NCBI GenBank assembly: GCA_038255915.1
Contig: JBBSKY010000002.1
Coordinates: 13,371-77,370, forward strand
Reading direction: 5' to 3'
DNA length: 64,000 nucleotides
From: Acidimicrobiales bacterium
Lineage (GTDB): Bacteria; Actinomycetota; Acidimicrobiia; Acidimicrobiales; JAUJNH01
How positions within the stretch are numbered: position 1 is the first letter of the stretch; each line of letters starts with the position of its first letter. The position numbers were made by a program, and so were the translations under genes. Under the pieces are notes generated by a model. That model worked only from the letters and a program-made list of their open reading frames with translations, was not told where the DNA came from and made no database searches. This document shows positions 45,892-55,532 of the stretch, one piece after another.

Positions 45892-47168
45892 GTCGTGGTC
45901 CCCTCGTCGTCGAGGCGGGTCAACAAGTCATCGCGGATGGCGCTGTTGTTGTCGATCGCCGTCATGGTCAGGTCGGGGTAGGCGGTGTACCAGGCGTTGG
46001 TGGCGCACTGGCTGCCCCTGGCCCACTGGCGGAAGCGGGGCCCGTCGGTCGCACCCTCCCTCAGCAGGTTGCGGGTGCGGGGGAACTCCTTGGTGTTGCT
46101 CCACACCGCGGTGAGGCCCCTGGACGCCTTGTCGATGAAGTCGCCCAGGTAGCTCTCCCAGCTGCCGTCGAAGTTCGACAGGAACAGCAGGTGGCGTCGC
46201 TCGTCGATCAGCGACCAGTGGGCGAAGTGGATGCTCGGGATGTTCCCCAGCTTCCCCTTGGTGAAGATGATCCTTGCCAGCAGGTTCAGCACGAACAGGA
46301 CCAGGGGCAACAGGGCCGCCCTGAGCATCCCGGGCTTGACGGGGATCACGCTGGACAGGTGGTTCTGGGCCAGGAGGCGGGGGCCGCCGACGCCTTCGAA
46401 CACACAGAGGTCCTCGGTCTCCTCCAGCTGCCGGATGTGGGCCGGGTCGGGCGGGGTCTGGCGCACGGGGTCGATCTTCTCCTTCACGCGGAGCACGACG
46501 TACCCCACCGCCACCACCGGTACCAGGACAGGGAGGAGCACGACGGCCGCCGCGACGACCGCCGCAGCCCGCAGCCGGTGCGTGGCCTTCTCCATCAAGG
46601 TCTCCCGGGGCGGCGGCTTCGTGGTGGCCCAGCCGAGGGTGGGCTCGTCCCGCACGAACGCCTGCACCTTGGCCCGCAGGGCGTTCGGGGTGAGTCCGTT
46701 GAGCCCGCCGGCCTCCTCCTCGGCGGCGAGGAACCCCGAGATCTGGTCATGGAGCTGCTTCTCCTGGCGGATTCGGGCCACCGACCGCCCCGTGGCCCCG
46801 ATGTGGAAGGCCCCCGGTCGCACCACCCGCTCAGCCAACCAAGCCTGGAGCTGGGCCGGCGCCGCGCTGCCCGGGTACCCGGGCGAGCCCAGGAACAGGG
46901 CGTCGAGCCCACCGCCCGCCGCCTTGCTCAACGTGGCCAGCCAAGCTGCGGTGGTTCCGTCGACGTTGCTCTCGAAGATCAGCTTGGGAGTCCTGACCTC
47001 GGGGCCGTCGGCCAGGACCAGGGACGCGAAGTGCAGCTGGTCGAACCGACCCAGGGGCAGGACGGCGTTGCTGGCCGGATCGCGGCCGATGGTGGCGAGC
47101 GTCTCGGTCAGCTCGGCCTCCCGGCCCGGCCCGACGTCGGCCACGATGGTGAGCACGCTCTGGGTCAT
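45873..47168 (-). CDS. Uncharacterised protein: two homologous lobes separated by a hydrophobic hairpin
   Basis: ATG 47168 overlaps the P450 stop (ATGA). Strong G/C third-position bias. Internal repeat of the HFA..L....L(I/L)F.SN.DG...(W/Y)L...GL motif. No family name recognised. Confidence 0.7.
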   Translation of the reverse strand: MTQSVLTIVADVGPGREAELTETLATIGRDPASNAVLPLGRFDQLHFASLVLADGPEVRTPKLIFESNVDGTTAAWLATLSKAAGGGLDALFLGSPGYPGSAAPAQLQAWLAERVVRPGAFHIGATGRSVARIRQEKQLHDQISGFLAAEEEAGGLNGLTPNALRAKVQAFVRDEPTLGWATTKPPPRETLMEKATHRLRAAAVVAAAVVLLPVLVPVVAVGYVVLRVKEKIDPVRQTPPDPAHIRQLEETEDLCVFEGVGGPRLLAQNHLSSVIPVKPGMLRAALLPLVLFVLNLLARIIFTKGKLGNIPSIHFAHWSLIDERRHLLFLSNFDGSWESYLGDFIDKASRGLTAVWSNTKEFPRTRNLLREGATDGPRFRQWARGSQCATNAWYTAYPDLTMTAIDNNSAIRDDLLTRLDDEGTTTWLRRL

Positions 47169-48484
47169 CGGCTGGCCTCCACCGTGGCGTGCGGCCCCCG
47201 CAATGCCGCTCCCTGCGGGTCGAACTCTACGATCAGGCGGTCGGGGAACGGGCCGTCGTAGCTGATCCGGCCGTCGGCGCCCTCCGCCCGGCGCAGCCCG
47301 GGGAGGCGCACCACGGCGGCGACCAGCTCGGTGACCTGGACGGCGTTGATGTGGCGGCCGAAGCAGGCGTGCAGACCGTGCCCGAAGTGGACGTACCGGT
47401 CGTCGGGCCGGTCGGGCCGCAGACGACCCGCCTGGGGGAAGGCGGCCTCGTCGAACATGGCCGAGATCGTCGCCACCATCACCTGTGAGCCGGCCCGCAC
47501 GCGTGTGGGCCCGAGTGTGGTGTCCCGGGCGCAGTGACGGACGAGGAGGGCGCCGTGGGGGCGCAAGCGCAGCGCCTCCCAGGCATAGCCCCGGACGGTG
47601 TCGAGGTCGCCGTCGAGCGCGGCCCGGCGCGCCGCCGCCAGCGCCTCGGGGTGGCGAAGCAGCTCGTCGACCACGTGGGTCACCGTCTTCGAGGTGGTCT
47701 CGAGCGCCCCGACGATCAGGCCGTTGACGCAGCGGCGGACGGCGTCGTCGTCCAGCCATGGCTCGGCCTCACCCATGGTCACCAGCCGGGTCACGACCGT
47801 GTCGGGGACGGCCTCCCCAGCCGCCAGCGCCGCTCGGGTCGTGGCGATCAGGTGCTCCATGTACGGGCGCTGCTCGGCGACAGCCAGCGACGCCGCCTCC
47901 CTGGCCCGTGGGCTGTCGTCGAGGAAGACCCCGTCGAACAGCGCCCGCATCCACCGCATGGTCGACGCCTCGTCAGGCCCCGGCGTGCCGAAGTAGTCAC
48001 CGACCACCCGGGTGGCCGCCACCCGGGCCAGACCGTTCACCACGTCGAGCCGTCCCGTGGGCCCGGCCGCCTCCAGCAGCGGGGCGGCGGCGCCGACGAC
48101 GATGGCCCTGACCCGCTCGAGGTCGTCCACCGACGCCGCCTTGAGCAGGGCCCCCGACTCACGCTCGTACACCTCGCCCCGGTCGGTCCCCAGGATGAAG
48201 GCGCCGCTCCAGCGGGCCATGCGGGCCCCGTTGACCTCGGCGATGGTGAAGTCGGTGTCCCGCCGCAGCACCTCAACAACATCCGCGTGATTCGACACGA
48301 TCACCCGCCGGCCGACGCGCAGGACCGGTGCGAAGCGGCGCAGCACGCTGAAGACCGGTCGCAGCAGAGCGGGGTTCGACAGCACAACGCCAAGCCGATC
48401 CCGCCAGCCCCGTCGCGGCCAGCCCGGTGGAAGCGTCTGAGCGATCACCTGGTCCCCCCTCCTCGAAGCAGCAGTGTTACCCAT
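47165..48484 (-). CDS. Cytochrome P450
   Basis: Cys-ligand loop FGHGLHACFGRHI, ExxR (EALRLRP), I-helix GALETTS. ATG 48484 chosen; the upstream part of track ORF 47165..49585 crosses an intergenic region and another gene's frame. Confidence 0.9.
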   Translation of the reverse strand: MGNTAASRRGDQVIAQTLPPGWPRRGWRDRLGVVLSNPALLRPVFSVLRRFAPVLRVGRRVIVSNHADVVEVLRRDTDFTIAEVNGARMARWSGAFILGTDRGEVYERESGALLKAASVDDLERVRAIVVGAAAPLLEAAGPTGRLDVVNGLARVAATRVVGDYFGTPGPDEASTMRWMRALFDGVFLDDSPRAREAASLAVAEQRPYMEHLIATTRAALAAGEAVPDTVVTRLVTMGEAEPWLDDDAVRRCVNGLIVGALETTSKTVTHVVDELLRHPEALAAARRAALDGDLDTVRGYAWEALRLRPHGALLVRHCARDTTLGPTRVRAGSQVMVATISAMFDEAAFPQAGRLRPDRPDDRYVHFGHGLHACFGRHINAVQVTELVAAVVRLPGLRRAEGADGRISYDGPFPDRLIVEFDPQGAALRGPHATVEASR

Positions 48485-48768
48485 GACGGCGCTGCTCTGC
48501 CGAGAAGAGCTGAACCGGGCTGGGTGCAACTTCGGCTCGGATCCACCCCGTGGCGCACTCGACCCTCGCTCGCTGCCCAACCGCTGCCGGGAAATCCGAA
48601 CCACCGAGCCTCCACCAAGCCCAGGCCGGGTCAGCCAGCCGCAGGTGGCGACCTCGAGCTCCGCCCCGAGAAAGCCGCTATTCTCACGAGACGACGAACT
48701 AGTTGCAGTGGGTTCGGGACGCTCGCGAACCACCCTGTTCGAGCTGCCCGGATTCGCGGGATGACGCC

Positions 48769-49638
48769 TCAGGCTCCGGCGGGCGGGGACCACGACTCGA
48801 GCCATCCGACCTCGCCGCTTGGCGAACGGGCCAGAGCGCGGCCCACCTGCCACCCCACGGGCTCGGTAGCCAGCACGGGCGCCCAGCGGATGGCCGCCAT
48901 GTCGCCGTCGGCCGTCGGCAGGCCGGACGGGTTGCGGGGCAGCGGCTCCCCGTGCTCGTGAACGACAGCGACGCCTGACGGCGACCACCCCCACGACCAA
49001 GCCACGCCTCCGCTCCGGCTCTGCGCATCCCGCTCTGCGGGGCCGCTCGGGCCCTGCGCATCCCGCTCTGCGGGGCCGCTGCCCCAGCAGTGTCGGCGGA
49101 CCGCCGGCCAGGCTTCGACGGGCAGCTCCTCGATCCGACCGCCGGAGCCGACCTGGATCTCGCCCCAGAGGCGTCCGGCCCGCCACCACCCCTCGTCCGT
49201 CTGGCAGCGCCCCCCGCCGGCGGCCGGGTCGTCCTCGAACGACAGGTCCAGGGCCAGGCCCTGGCGGCCGCCGCGCTCGTGGCCCCAGGCGTCGACAAGG
49301 TCGCCGTCCTCGAACGACACCCCCCACGACTCCAGGCCGAGGGTCCAGTGCGAGCCGGGCTGCTCGCAGGTGCAGCTGGCCCACAGGCTGCCCCGCACCT
49401 CCAGGCCGGCCGACGGCGGCGGCAGGTCGAGGTCGTCGTCGCGCACCAGCAGGTAGGGCCGGCGGCGGCCCACCAGCCCCGCCCAGTACGAGCAGCGCCG
49501 CCGGGCCGGGTGCAGGGCCAGGCGAACGAACACCCCGGCCGAGCCGTCGGGGGCGCAGGCGTCGAACGACCACCACTCCGACCACCCCGGCGGGTGCGGC
49601 GAGGGCGGCCGGTGGCGACCCTCGTCGGCGGCGTCCAC
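48769..49638 (-). CDS. Trp-rich hypothetical protein carrying an in-frame 33-nt tandem repeat
   Basis: Near-100% G/C at third positions in the tested stretch. The WWSFDA...YWAGLV...HWTLGLESWG composition looks like a genuine beta-rich protein. No family recognised. Confidence 0.6.
   Translation of the reverse strand: MDAADEGRHRPPSPHPPGWSEWWSFDACAPDGSAGVFVRLALHPARRRCSYWAGLVGRRRPYLLVRDDDLDLPPPSAGLEVRGSLWASCTCEQPGSHWTLGLESWGVSFEDGDLVDAWGHERGGRQGLALDLSFEDDPAAGGGRCQTDEGWWRAGRLWGEIQVGSGGRIEELPVEAWPAVRRHCWGSGPAERDAQGPSGPAERDAQSRSGGVAWSWGWSPSGVAVVHEHGEPLPRNPSGLPTADGDMAAIRWAPVLATEPVGWQVGRALARSPSGEVGWLESWSPPAGA
49005..49086. repeat. 33-nt tandem repeat (about 2.5 copies) inside a CDS, related to the repeat at 9104..9180
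   Basis: The unit ctgcgcatcccgctctgcggggccgctcgggcc starts at 49021 and 49054, with a degenerate copy before it. Encodes GPAERDAQxxS twice. Confidence 0.9.
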
Positions 49639-49699
49639 CGGGCCGGTCCTAGCACCTGGGGCGCCCTCGGATCGGCGGCGGCGCCCCTAACCTCGGCTT

Positions 49700-50119
49700 G
49701 TGCGCCCCTACGACAGCGGTCCGGGCCGCAAGTGGCTGTTCTTCGTCTTCGGGGCGGGGATGTTCGCCTTCCTGGCCCTGATCGGCCTCCGGCGCGACGA
49801 CCCGCTGGCCTTCGAGCTCGGTCGGCTGATCGCCGTGGCCGGCCTCGTCCTCGCTGCGGTCCGGGCCCACCGGCTGCGGGTCACCGCTGACGAGACGGGC
49901 GTGACCGTGCGGACGTGGGCCAACGCCACCTCCTACGACTGGGAGGACGTCAAGACGGTCTTCGGCACGCCCGAGCGCCCCGTGCTGGTGCTGCGCACCG
50001 GGGCCGAGGTCGTGCTGCTCGACAACTGGCACCCCGACCCGTCGTCGGTGGGAGCCGAGGTGCGCCGCCGCCTGCTGGCCAGCCAGGAGCGCTCGGGCCG
50101 CCCGGCCGACGGCTGGTAG
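49700..50119 (+). CDS. Membrane protein with PH-like C-terminal domain (hypothetical)
   Basis: GTG start, two TM helices, then LRVTADETGVTVRTWANATSYDWEDV, which resembles bacterial PH domains. Confidence 0.45.
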   Translation: MRPYDSGPGRKWLFFVFGAGMFAFLALIGLRRDDPLAFELGRLIAVAGLVLAAVRAHRLRVTADETGVTVRTWANATSYDWEDVKTVFGTPERPVLVLRTGAEVVLLDNWHPDPSSVGAEVRRRLLASQERSGRPADGW

Positions 50120-50124
50120 AACTG

Positions 50125-50508
50125 GTGCAGGTGTTCCCCTTCCTGAGCCCGGCGTGGCTCGAGCAGCTGACGGCGGCGGCCGGCGGCGGCGCAAAGGGAT
50201 CCGGTTCGGCGGTCGTGCAGCTGGTCGTCGCCGGAGGGCCGAACGGTGACGTGGCCTTCGTGCTCGACGTCGGTCCCGGGTCCTTCGGGGCCCGCCCGGG
50301 CCGCGACCCCGAGGCCGTGGTCACCCTGACCCAGTCCTGGGAGACCGCCTGGCGCATCCACCGGGGCGAGCTGTCGGCGCCCGAGGCGTTCCGGGCCGGC
50401 CTGGTCAAGGTGCGCGGCGACGCGGCCCCCCTGGTCGATCTGGCGGCCTCGCTCAGCCCCCTGGGTCCCGCAGTCGCCACGCTGAGGGAGCAGACCGTCG
50501 ATGCCTGA
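50125..50508 (+). CDS. SCP2 sterol-binding-domain protein
   Basis: FLSPAWLEQL...WRIHRGELSAPEAFRAGLVKVRGD is typical of SCP2-like domains. GTG start chosen inside track ORF 49915..50508. Confidence 0.6.
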   Translation: MQVFPFLSPAWLEQLTAAAGGGAKGSGSAVVQLVVAGGPNGDVAFVLDVGPGSFGARPGRDPEAVVTLTQSWETAWRIHRGELSAPEAFRAGLVKVRGDAAPLVDLAASLSPLGPAVATLREQTVDA

Positions 50509-51106
50509 GGAAGAGACTCCCGCCGAGCGCACGGGGATGCCCGCCGGTGCCGAAGGCACCGACTGGCGGGCCCCGGGTGGATTCCCCTGGCCGCCGGTGG
50601 TCCTGATCCTGGCCTTCGTCGTGCTCTCGACGGTGGTCATCGGCTACCGGATCACCCGCCCGGCCCCGAGCGGTCCCAAGGTCCTCACCGACCAGGCCTT
50701 CGTGGCCCAGGCCAACGAGCGGTGCCGCGTCGCCATCCCCGACCTCCGTCCCCAGGACACCAGCCGCGACTCGAGCGTGACGCCGGAGCAGATCGCCGAG
50801 GGGTCCGTCCGGGCCGCCGACGGGCTGGCCGCGCTGGCCACCGAGCTGCGGGCCCTGCCCGTCGCCGCCGAGCAGAGGCCGTTCGTCGAGGGCTGGCTCG
50901 ACGGCTGGGCCGCCTTCATCGACGCCGGCCGGCGGTACGCCCAGGCCGTCCGCACCGGCGACGTCGACGCCGCCAACGAGATCGGCCGCAGCGGCGACCC
51001 GGCCCAGAAGGACGCCGATGCCTTCGCCCGGGGCAACGGCCTCAGCTCCTGCCTCCTCCAATCGGCCATCCGAAAGCCCCGCGGCGCCAGCGGCGGCGGG
51101 TTCTAG
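50501..51106 (+). CDS. Membrane-anchored hypothetical protein
   Basis: One TM helix (PVVLILAFVVLSTVVIGY), then a helical domain. 8-nt overlap with the SCP2 gene. Confidence 0.5.
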   Translation: MPEEETPAERTGMPAGAEGTDWRAPGGFPWPPVVLILAFVVLSTVVIGYRITRPAPSGPKVLTDQAFVAQANERCRVAIPDLRPQDTSRDSSVTPEQIAEGSVRAADGLAALATELRALPVAAEQRPFVEGWLDGWAAFIDAGRRYAQAVRTGDVDAANEIGRSGDPAQKDADAFARGNGLSSCLLQSAIRKPRGASGGGF

Positions 51107-51142
51107 GCTGGCCCGGCGACACTCTCCGGCTGCCGCCGGCGC

Positions 51143-51394
51143 TCAGCGCCCAGTGGGCTCCCCGAGCTCGGTCAGGGCCGCGGCCAGCGCCGCCCGCAGC
51201 CGCCGCGCCGTGGCCGGGCTGAGGTGGGCCACGAGGCCCTGGCCGACCCGTCCCACCTCTTCGAGCGTGAGCACGACGCGCAGGTCGTTGCAGCTCTCGC
51301 AGTCGTCGGACATGCCGACGGCCCACGACGCCGGCGGTCGATCGTCGTCGTCGGCGGGGTGGTCGTCTGTGGCGTCATCGATGGACCGGCGCAC
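51143..51394 (-). CDS. Small acidic hypothetical protein
   Basis: All-G/C third positions in the checked stretch. No family recognised. Confidence 0.35.
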   Translation of the reverse strand: MRRSIDDATDDHPADDDDRPPASWAVGMSDDCESCNDLRVVLTLEEVGRVGQGLVAHLSPATARRLRAALAAALTELGEPTGR

Positions 51395-51609
51395 CCGGCC
51401 AGGCTACGCAGCGGCGTCGAGGGGCTGCTCGGCCCCGGCTCCCCGAGCGACCGGCCATGGGCTCTGGCGACCCTTTGGCCGCGGCCCGCTGGCCACGGGT
51501 TCGCCGAGCGCGTAGCGTCTCCCAACCTCGCAGCTGGGCCGGCCGTTCCGGGGGGTACGGCCGGCCCGGCGCGGCGAGCAGATCGGCCCGGCGAAGCCGG
51601 CTGGCCGCC

Positions 51610-52599
51610 TCAGCCGATCAGGCCCAGCTGCTCCACCTGGGCCCGCTCTTCGAGCAGCTCGTCGCGGGTGGCGTCCATGCGGGCCCGGCTGGCCGGGTCG
51701 ATGTCGAGGCCCGGGACGATCGAGATCCGCCCGTTCTCCGTGGTGCACGGGAAGCCGTAGACCAGGCCCTCGGGGATGCCGTAGGACCCGTCGGAGGGAA
51801 CCGCCATCGACACCCAGTCCCCCGGCGGGGTGCCCCGCACCCAGTCGCGGACGTGGTCGACCGCCGCCGAGGCCGCCGAGCCGGCGGAGGACGAGCCCCG
51901 GGCCTCGATCACCGCGGCCCCCCGCTTCTGCACCGTGGGCACGAACGTGCCCTCGACCCAGCCCGGGTCCCCGATGGCCTCGGCCACGGACCGGCCCCCC
52001 ACCTCGGCGTTGAGCAGGTCGGGGTACTGGGTGACCGAGTGGTTGCCCCAGATGGTCATCCTCTTCACCTCGCTCGGGTGGCAGCCGAGCCTGGCCGCCA
52101 CCTGGGCCTTGGCCCGGTTGTGGTCGAGGCGGGTCATGGCCGAGAAGCGGTCGGGGGCGAGGCCGGAGGCGCTGCGCAGGGCGATGAGGCAGTTGGTGTT
52201 CGCCGGGTTGCCGACCACCAGCACCTTCAGCTCGGGCTTGGCCACCGCCGCCAGGGCCCGGCCCTGGGTGGTGAAGATGGCCCCGTTGGCCTCGAGGAGG
52301 TCCTTGCGCTCCATGCCCTTGGTGCGGGGCCGGCTCCCAACCAGAAAAGCGATGTCGGCGCCGGCGAACGCCTCCTCGGCGTCGTCGGTCTGGACCACGC
52401 CGGCCAGGGCCCCGAAGGCGCAGTCCTGAAGCTCCATGCCCACGCCGGCCAGGCCGCCGAGGGCCGGGGTGATCTCGAGGAGGCGCAGCACGATCGGGGT
52501 GTCGGGGCCGAGCAGCGACCCGCTGGCCAGTCGGAAGACGAGGCTGTAGCCGATCTGGCCCGCGGCCCCGGTGACGGCGATCTGGACGGGCTCGGCCAT
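51610..52599 (-). CDS. mdh: Malate dehydrogenase
   Basis: [28 protein letters not shown] and IWGNHS motifs. ATG 52599. Confidence 0.95.
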   Translation of the reverse strand: MAEPVQIAVTGAAGQIGYSLVFRLASGSLLGPDTPIVLRLLEITPALGGLAGVGMELQDCAFGALAGVVQTDDAEEAFAGADIAFLVGSRPRTKGMERKDLLEANGAIFTTQGRALAAVAKPELKVLVVGNPANTNCLIALRSASGLAPDRFSAMTRLDHNRAKAQVAARLGCHPSEVKRMTIWGNHSVTQYPDLLNAEVGGRSVAEAIGDPGWVEGTFVPTVQKRGAAVIEARGSSSAGSAASAAVDHVRDWVRGTPPGDWVSMAVPSDGSYGIPEGLVYGFPCTTENGRISIVPGLDIDPASRARMDATRDELLEERAQVEQLGLIG

Positions 52600-52609
52600 G
52601 GCGCCGACG

Positions 52610-53806
<1,197 letters not shown>

Positions 53807-53838
53807 GGAGGAACGCTAGCGGGGCGGCCACGGCGCCC

Positions 53839-55479
53839 TCAGTGGCCCGGCGTCTCCCGCAGGCGCAGCCACTGGTAGCCGTAGCCGGCCAGGTCGACGC
53901 CGGTCAGGTCGGGCTTCGGCGGCTCGTACCGGTGGTCGGCGAACACCCCGACCGGATCGCCCTCCTGGTCCGGCTGGGCGCCCAGGTCGACCGTGCGCCG
54001 CTTAGCCGACAGGTTGTGCAGGGTGAGCATGGCGCCGCCGGGGGCGTCGTAGCGCAGGGCCAGCACGGCCGGGTCGCCCGTGTCGAGGGAAGTGCACGTG
54101 CCGAAGCCGAACTCAGGGCACTCACGCAGGGTGTGCAGCATCCGCTCCATCCAGGCCAGCAACGAGTCGGGGTTGCGCCGCTGGGCCTCGACGTTCACCA
54201 CCTCGTGGCCGAAGTCGCCGCCGCTGATGACGGGCCGGCGCAGCTTCTTGGCCGGCGCGGTCGAGAACCCGGCGTTGGTGCCGCCGCTCCACTGCATGGG
54301 GGTGCGGATGGCGTCGCGCTCCTTCAGACTCAGGTCGTCGCCCATGCCGATCTCCTCGCCGTAGCGCAGCACCGGGGTGCCGGGCAGGGTGCACTGCAGG
54401 CTGTAGGCCATCTCGAGGCGCCGGCGGTCGCCCCCGAGCATGGGCGCCAGCCGACGGCGGATGCCCCGCCCGTACAGCTGCATGTTCGGCTCGGGACCGA
54501 AGGCGGCGAAGCAGTCGGCCCGCTCCCGCTCGCTGAGCCGGCCCAGGTCGACCTCGTCGTGATTGCGCAGGAACGTGGCCCACTGGCAGGACTCGGGGAT
54601 GGTCGGCGCCGCCTCCAGGGCGGACACGATGGGGCCGGCATCGCCGCGGGCCATGGCCAGCAGCTGGCGCTGGTTCAGCAGGAAGTTGAACAGCATGGGC
54701 AGGCGGTCGCCCGTCCCGAAGTACTCGACCAGCTCGTCGCGCTCGGCGTTGGCCTCGGCCAGGATCACGGCGTCGCCCTGGCGCCACGACAGGTGCGCCC
54801 TGAACTCGCGCAGGTAGTCGAACTCCTTGCGGGCCTCGGGCTCGCTCGGCCGGGTGAGCTCGATGATGAACGGAGCGGCGTCCATGCGGAACCCAGAGAC
54901 GCCCAGCTGCAGCCAGAAGCCCATGATCCTGCAGACCTCGGCACGGACCTCGGGGTTGGCCATGTTGAGGTCGGGCTGGAAGTCGTGAAAGCGGTGGTAG
55001 TACCAGGCCGCCGCCTCCTCGTCGAAGGTCCAGGTCTCGGTCTGGGAGCCAGGGAAGACCATCCCCTGGCGGCGGTCCGAGGGCTCGTCGGCCGACCACA
55101 CGTACCAGTCGCGGTAAGGCGAGGCGGGGTCGGCGCGGGCCGACCGGAACCAGGGGTGCTGGTCGGAGGTGTGGTTGACGACCAGGTCGATGATGACCCG
55201 CAGCCCCCGGTTGCCGGCCTGGTGCACCAGCTCGGCGAAGTCGCCGTGGGTTCCCAGCCGGGGGTCGACCCCGTAGAAGTCGGTCACGTCGTAGCCGTCG
55301 TCGCGGTTCGGGCTGGGGTGGATCGGGTTGAGCCACAGACAGGTGACACCGAGCCGGGCCAGATAGTCGAGCCGGCTGATCAGGCCGGGCAGGTCGCCGA
55401 CGCCGTCGCCGTCGGAGTCCTGGAAGGTGTCGACGTCGAGGCAGTAGATGACGCCCTGCTTGAACCACCGCTCGTACAT
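53839..55479 (-). CDS. GH13 alpha-amylase-family enzyme (trehalose-synthase/alpha-glucosidase-like)
   Basis: DGDGVGDL, DLVVNHTS, GFRMDAA (nucleophile), ILAEANAE, FLRNHDE. Confidence 0.85.
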   Translation of the reverse strand: MYERWFKQGVIYCLDVDTFQDSDGDGVGDLPGLISRLDYLARLGVTCLWLNPIHPSPNRDDGYDVTDFYGVDPRLGTHGDFAELVHQAGNRGLRVIIDLVVNHTSDQHPWFRSARADPASPYRDWYVWSADEPSDRRQGMVFPGSQTETWTFDEEAAAWYYHRFHDFQPDLNMANPEVRAEVCRIMGFWLQLGVSGFRMDAAPFIIELTRPSEPEARKEFDYLREFRAHLSWRQGDAVILAEANAERDELVEYFGTGDRLPMLFNFLLNQRQLLAMARGDAGPIVSALEAAPTIPESCQWATFLRNHDEVDLGRLSERERADCFAAFGPEPNMQLYGRGIRRRLAPMLGGDRRRLEMAYSLQCTLPGTPVLRYGEEIGMGDDLSLKERDAIRTPMQWSGGTNAGFSTAPAKKLRRPVISGGDFGHEVVNVEAQRRNPDSLLAWMERMLHTLRECPEFGFGTCTSLDTGDPAVLALRYDAPGGAMLTLHNLSAKRRTVDLGAQPDQEGDPVGVFADHRYEPPKPDLTGVDLAGYGYQWLRLRETPGH

Positions 55480-55532
55480 GCTCCGGTCCTACCCGTCTCG
55501 CCCTCCCTGCCCACACTCCCTACCCTGGCCCG

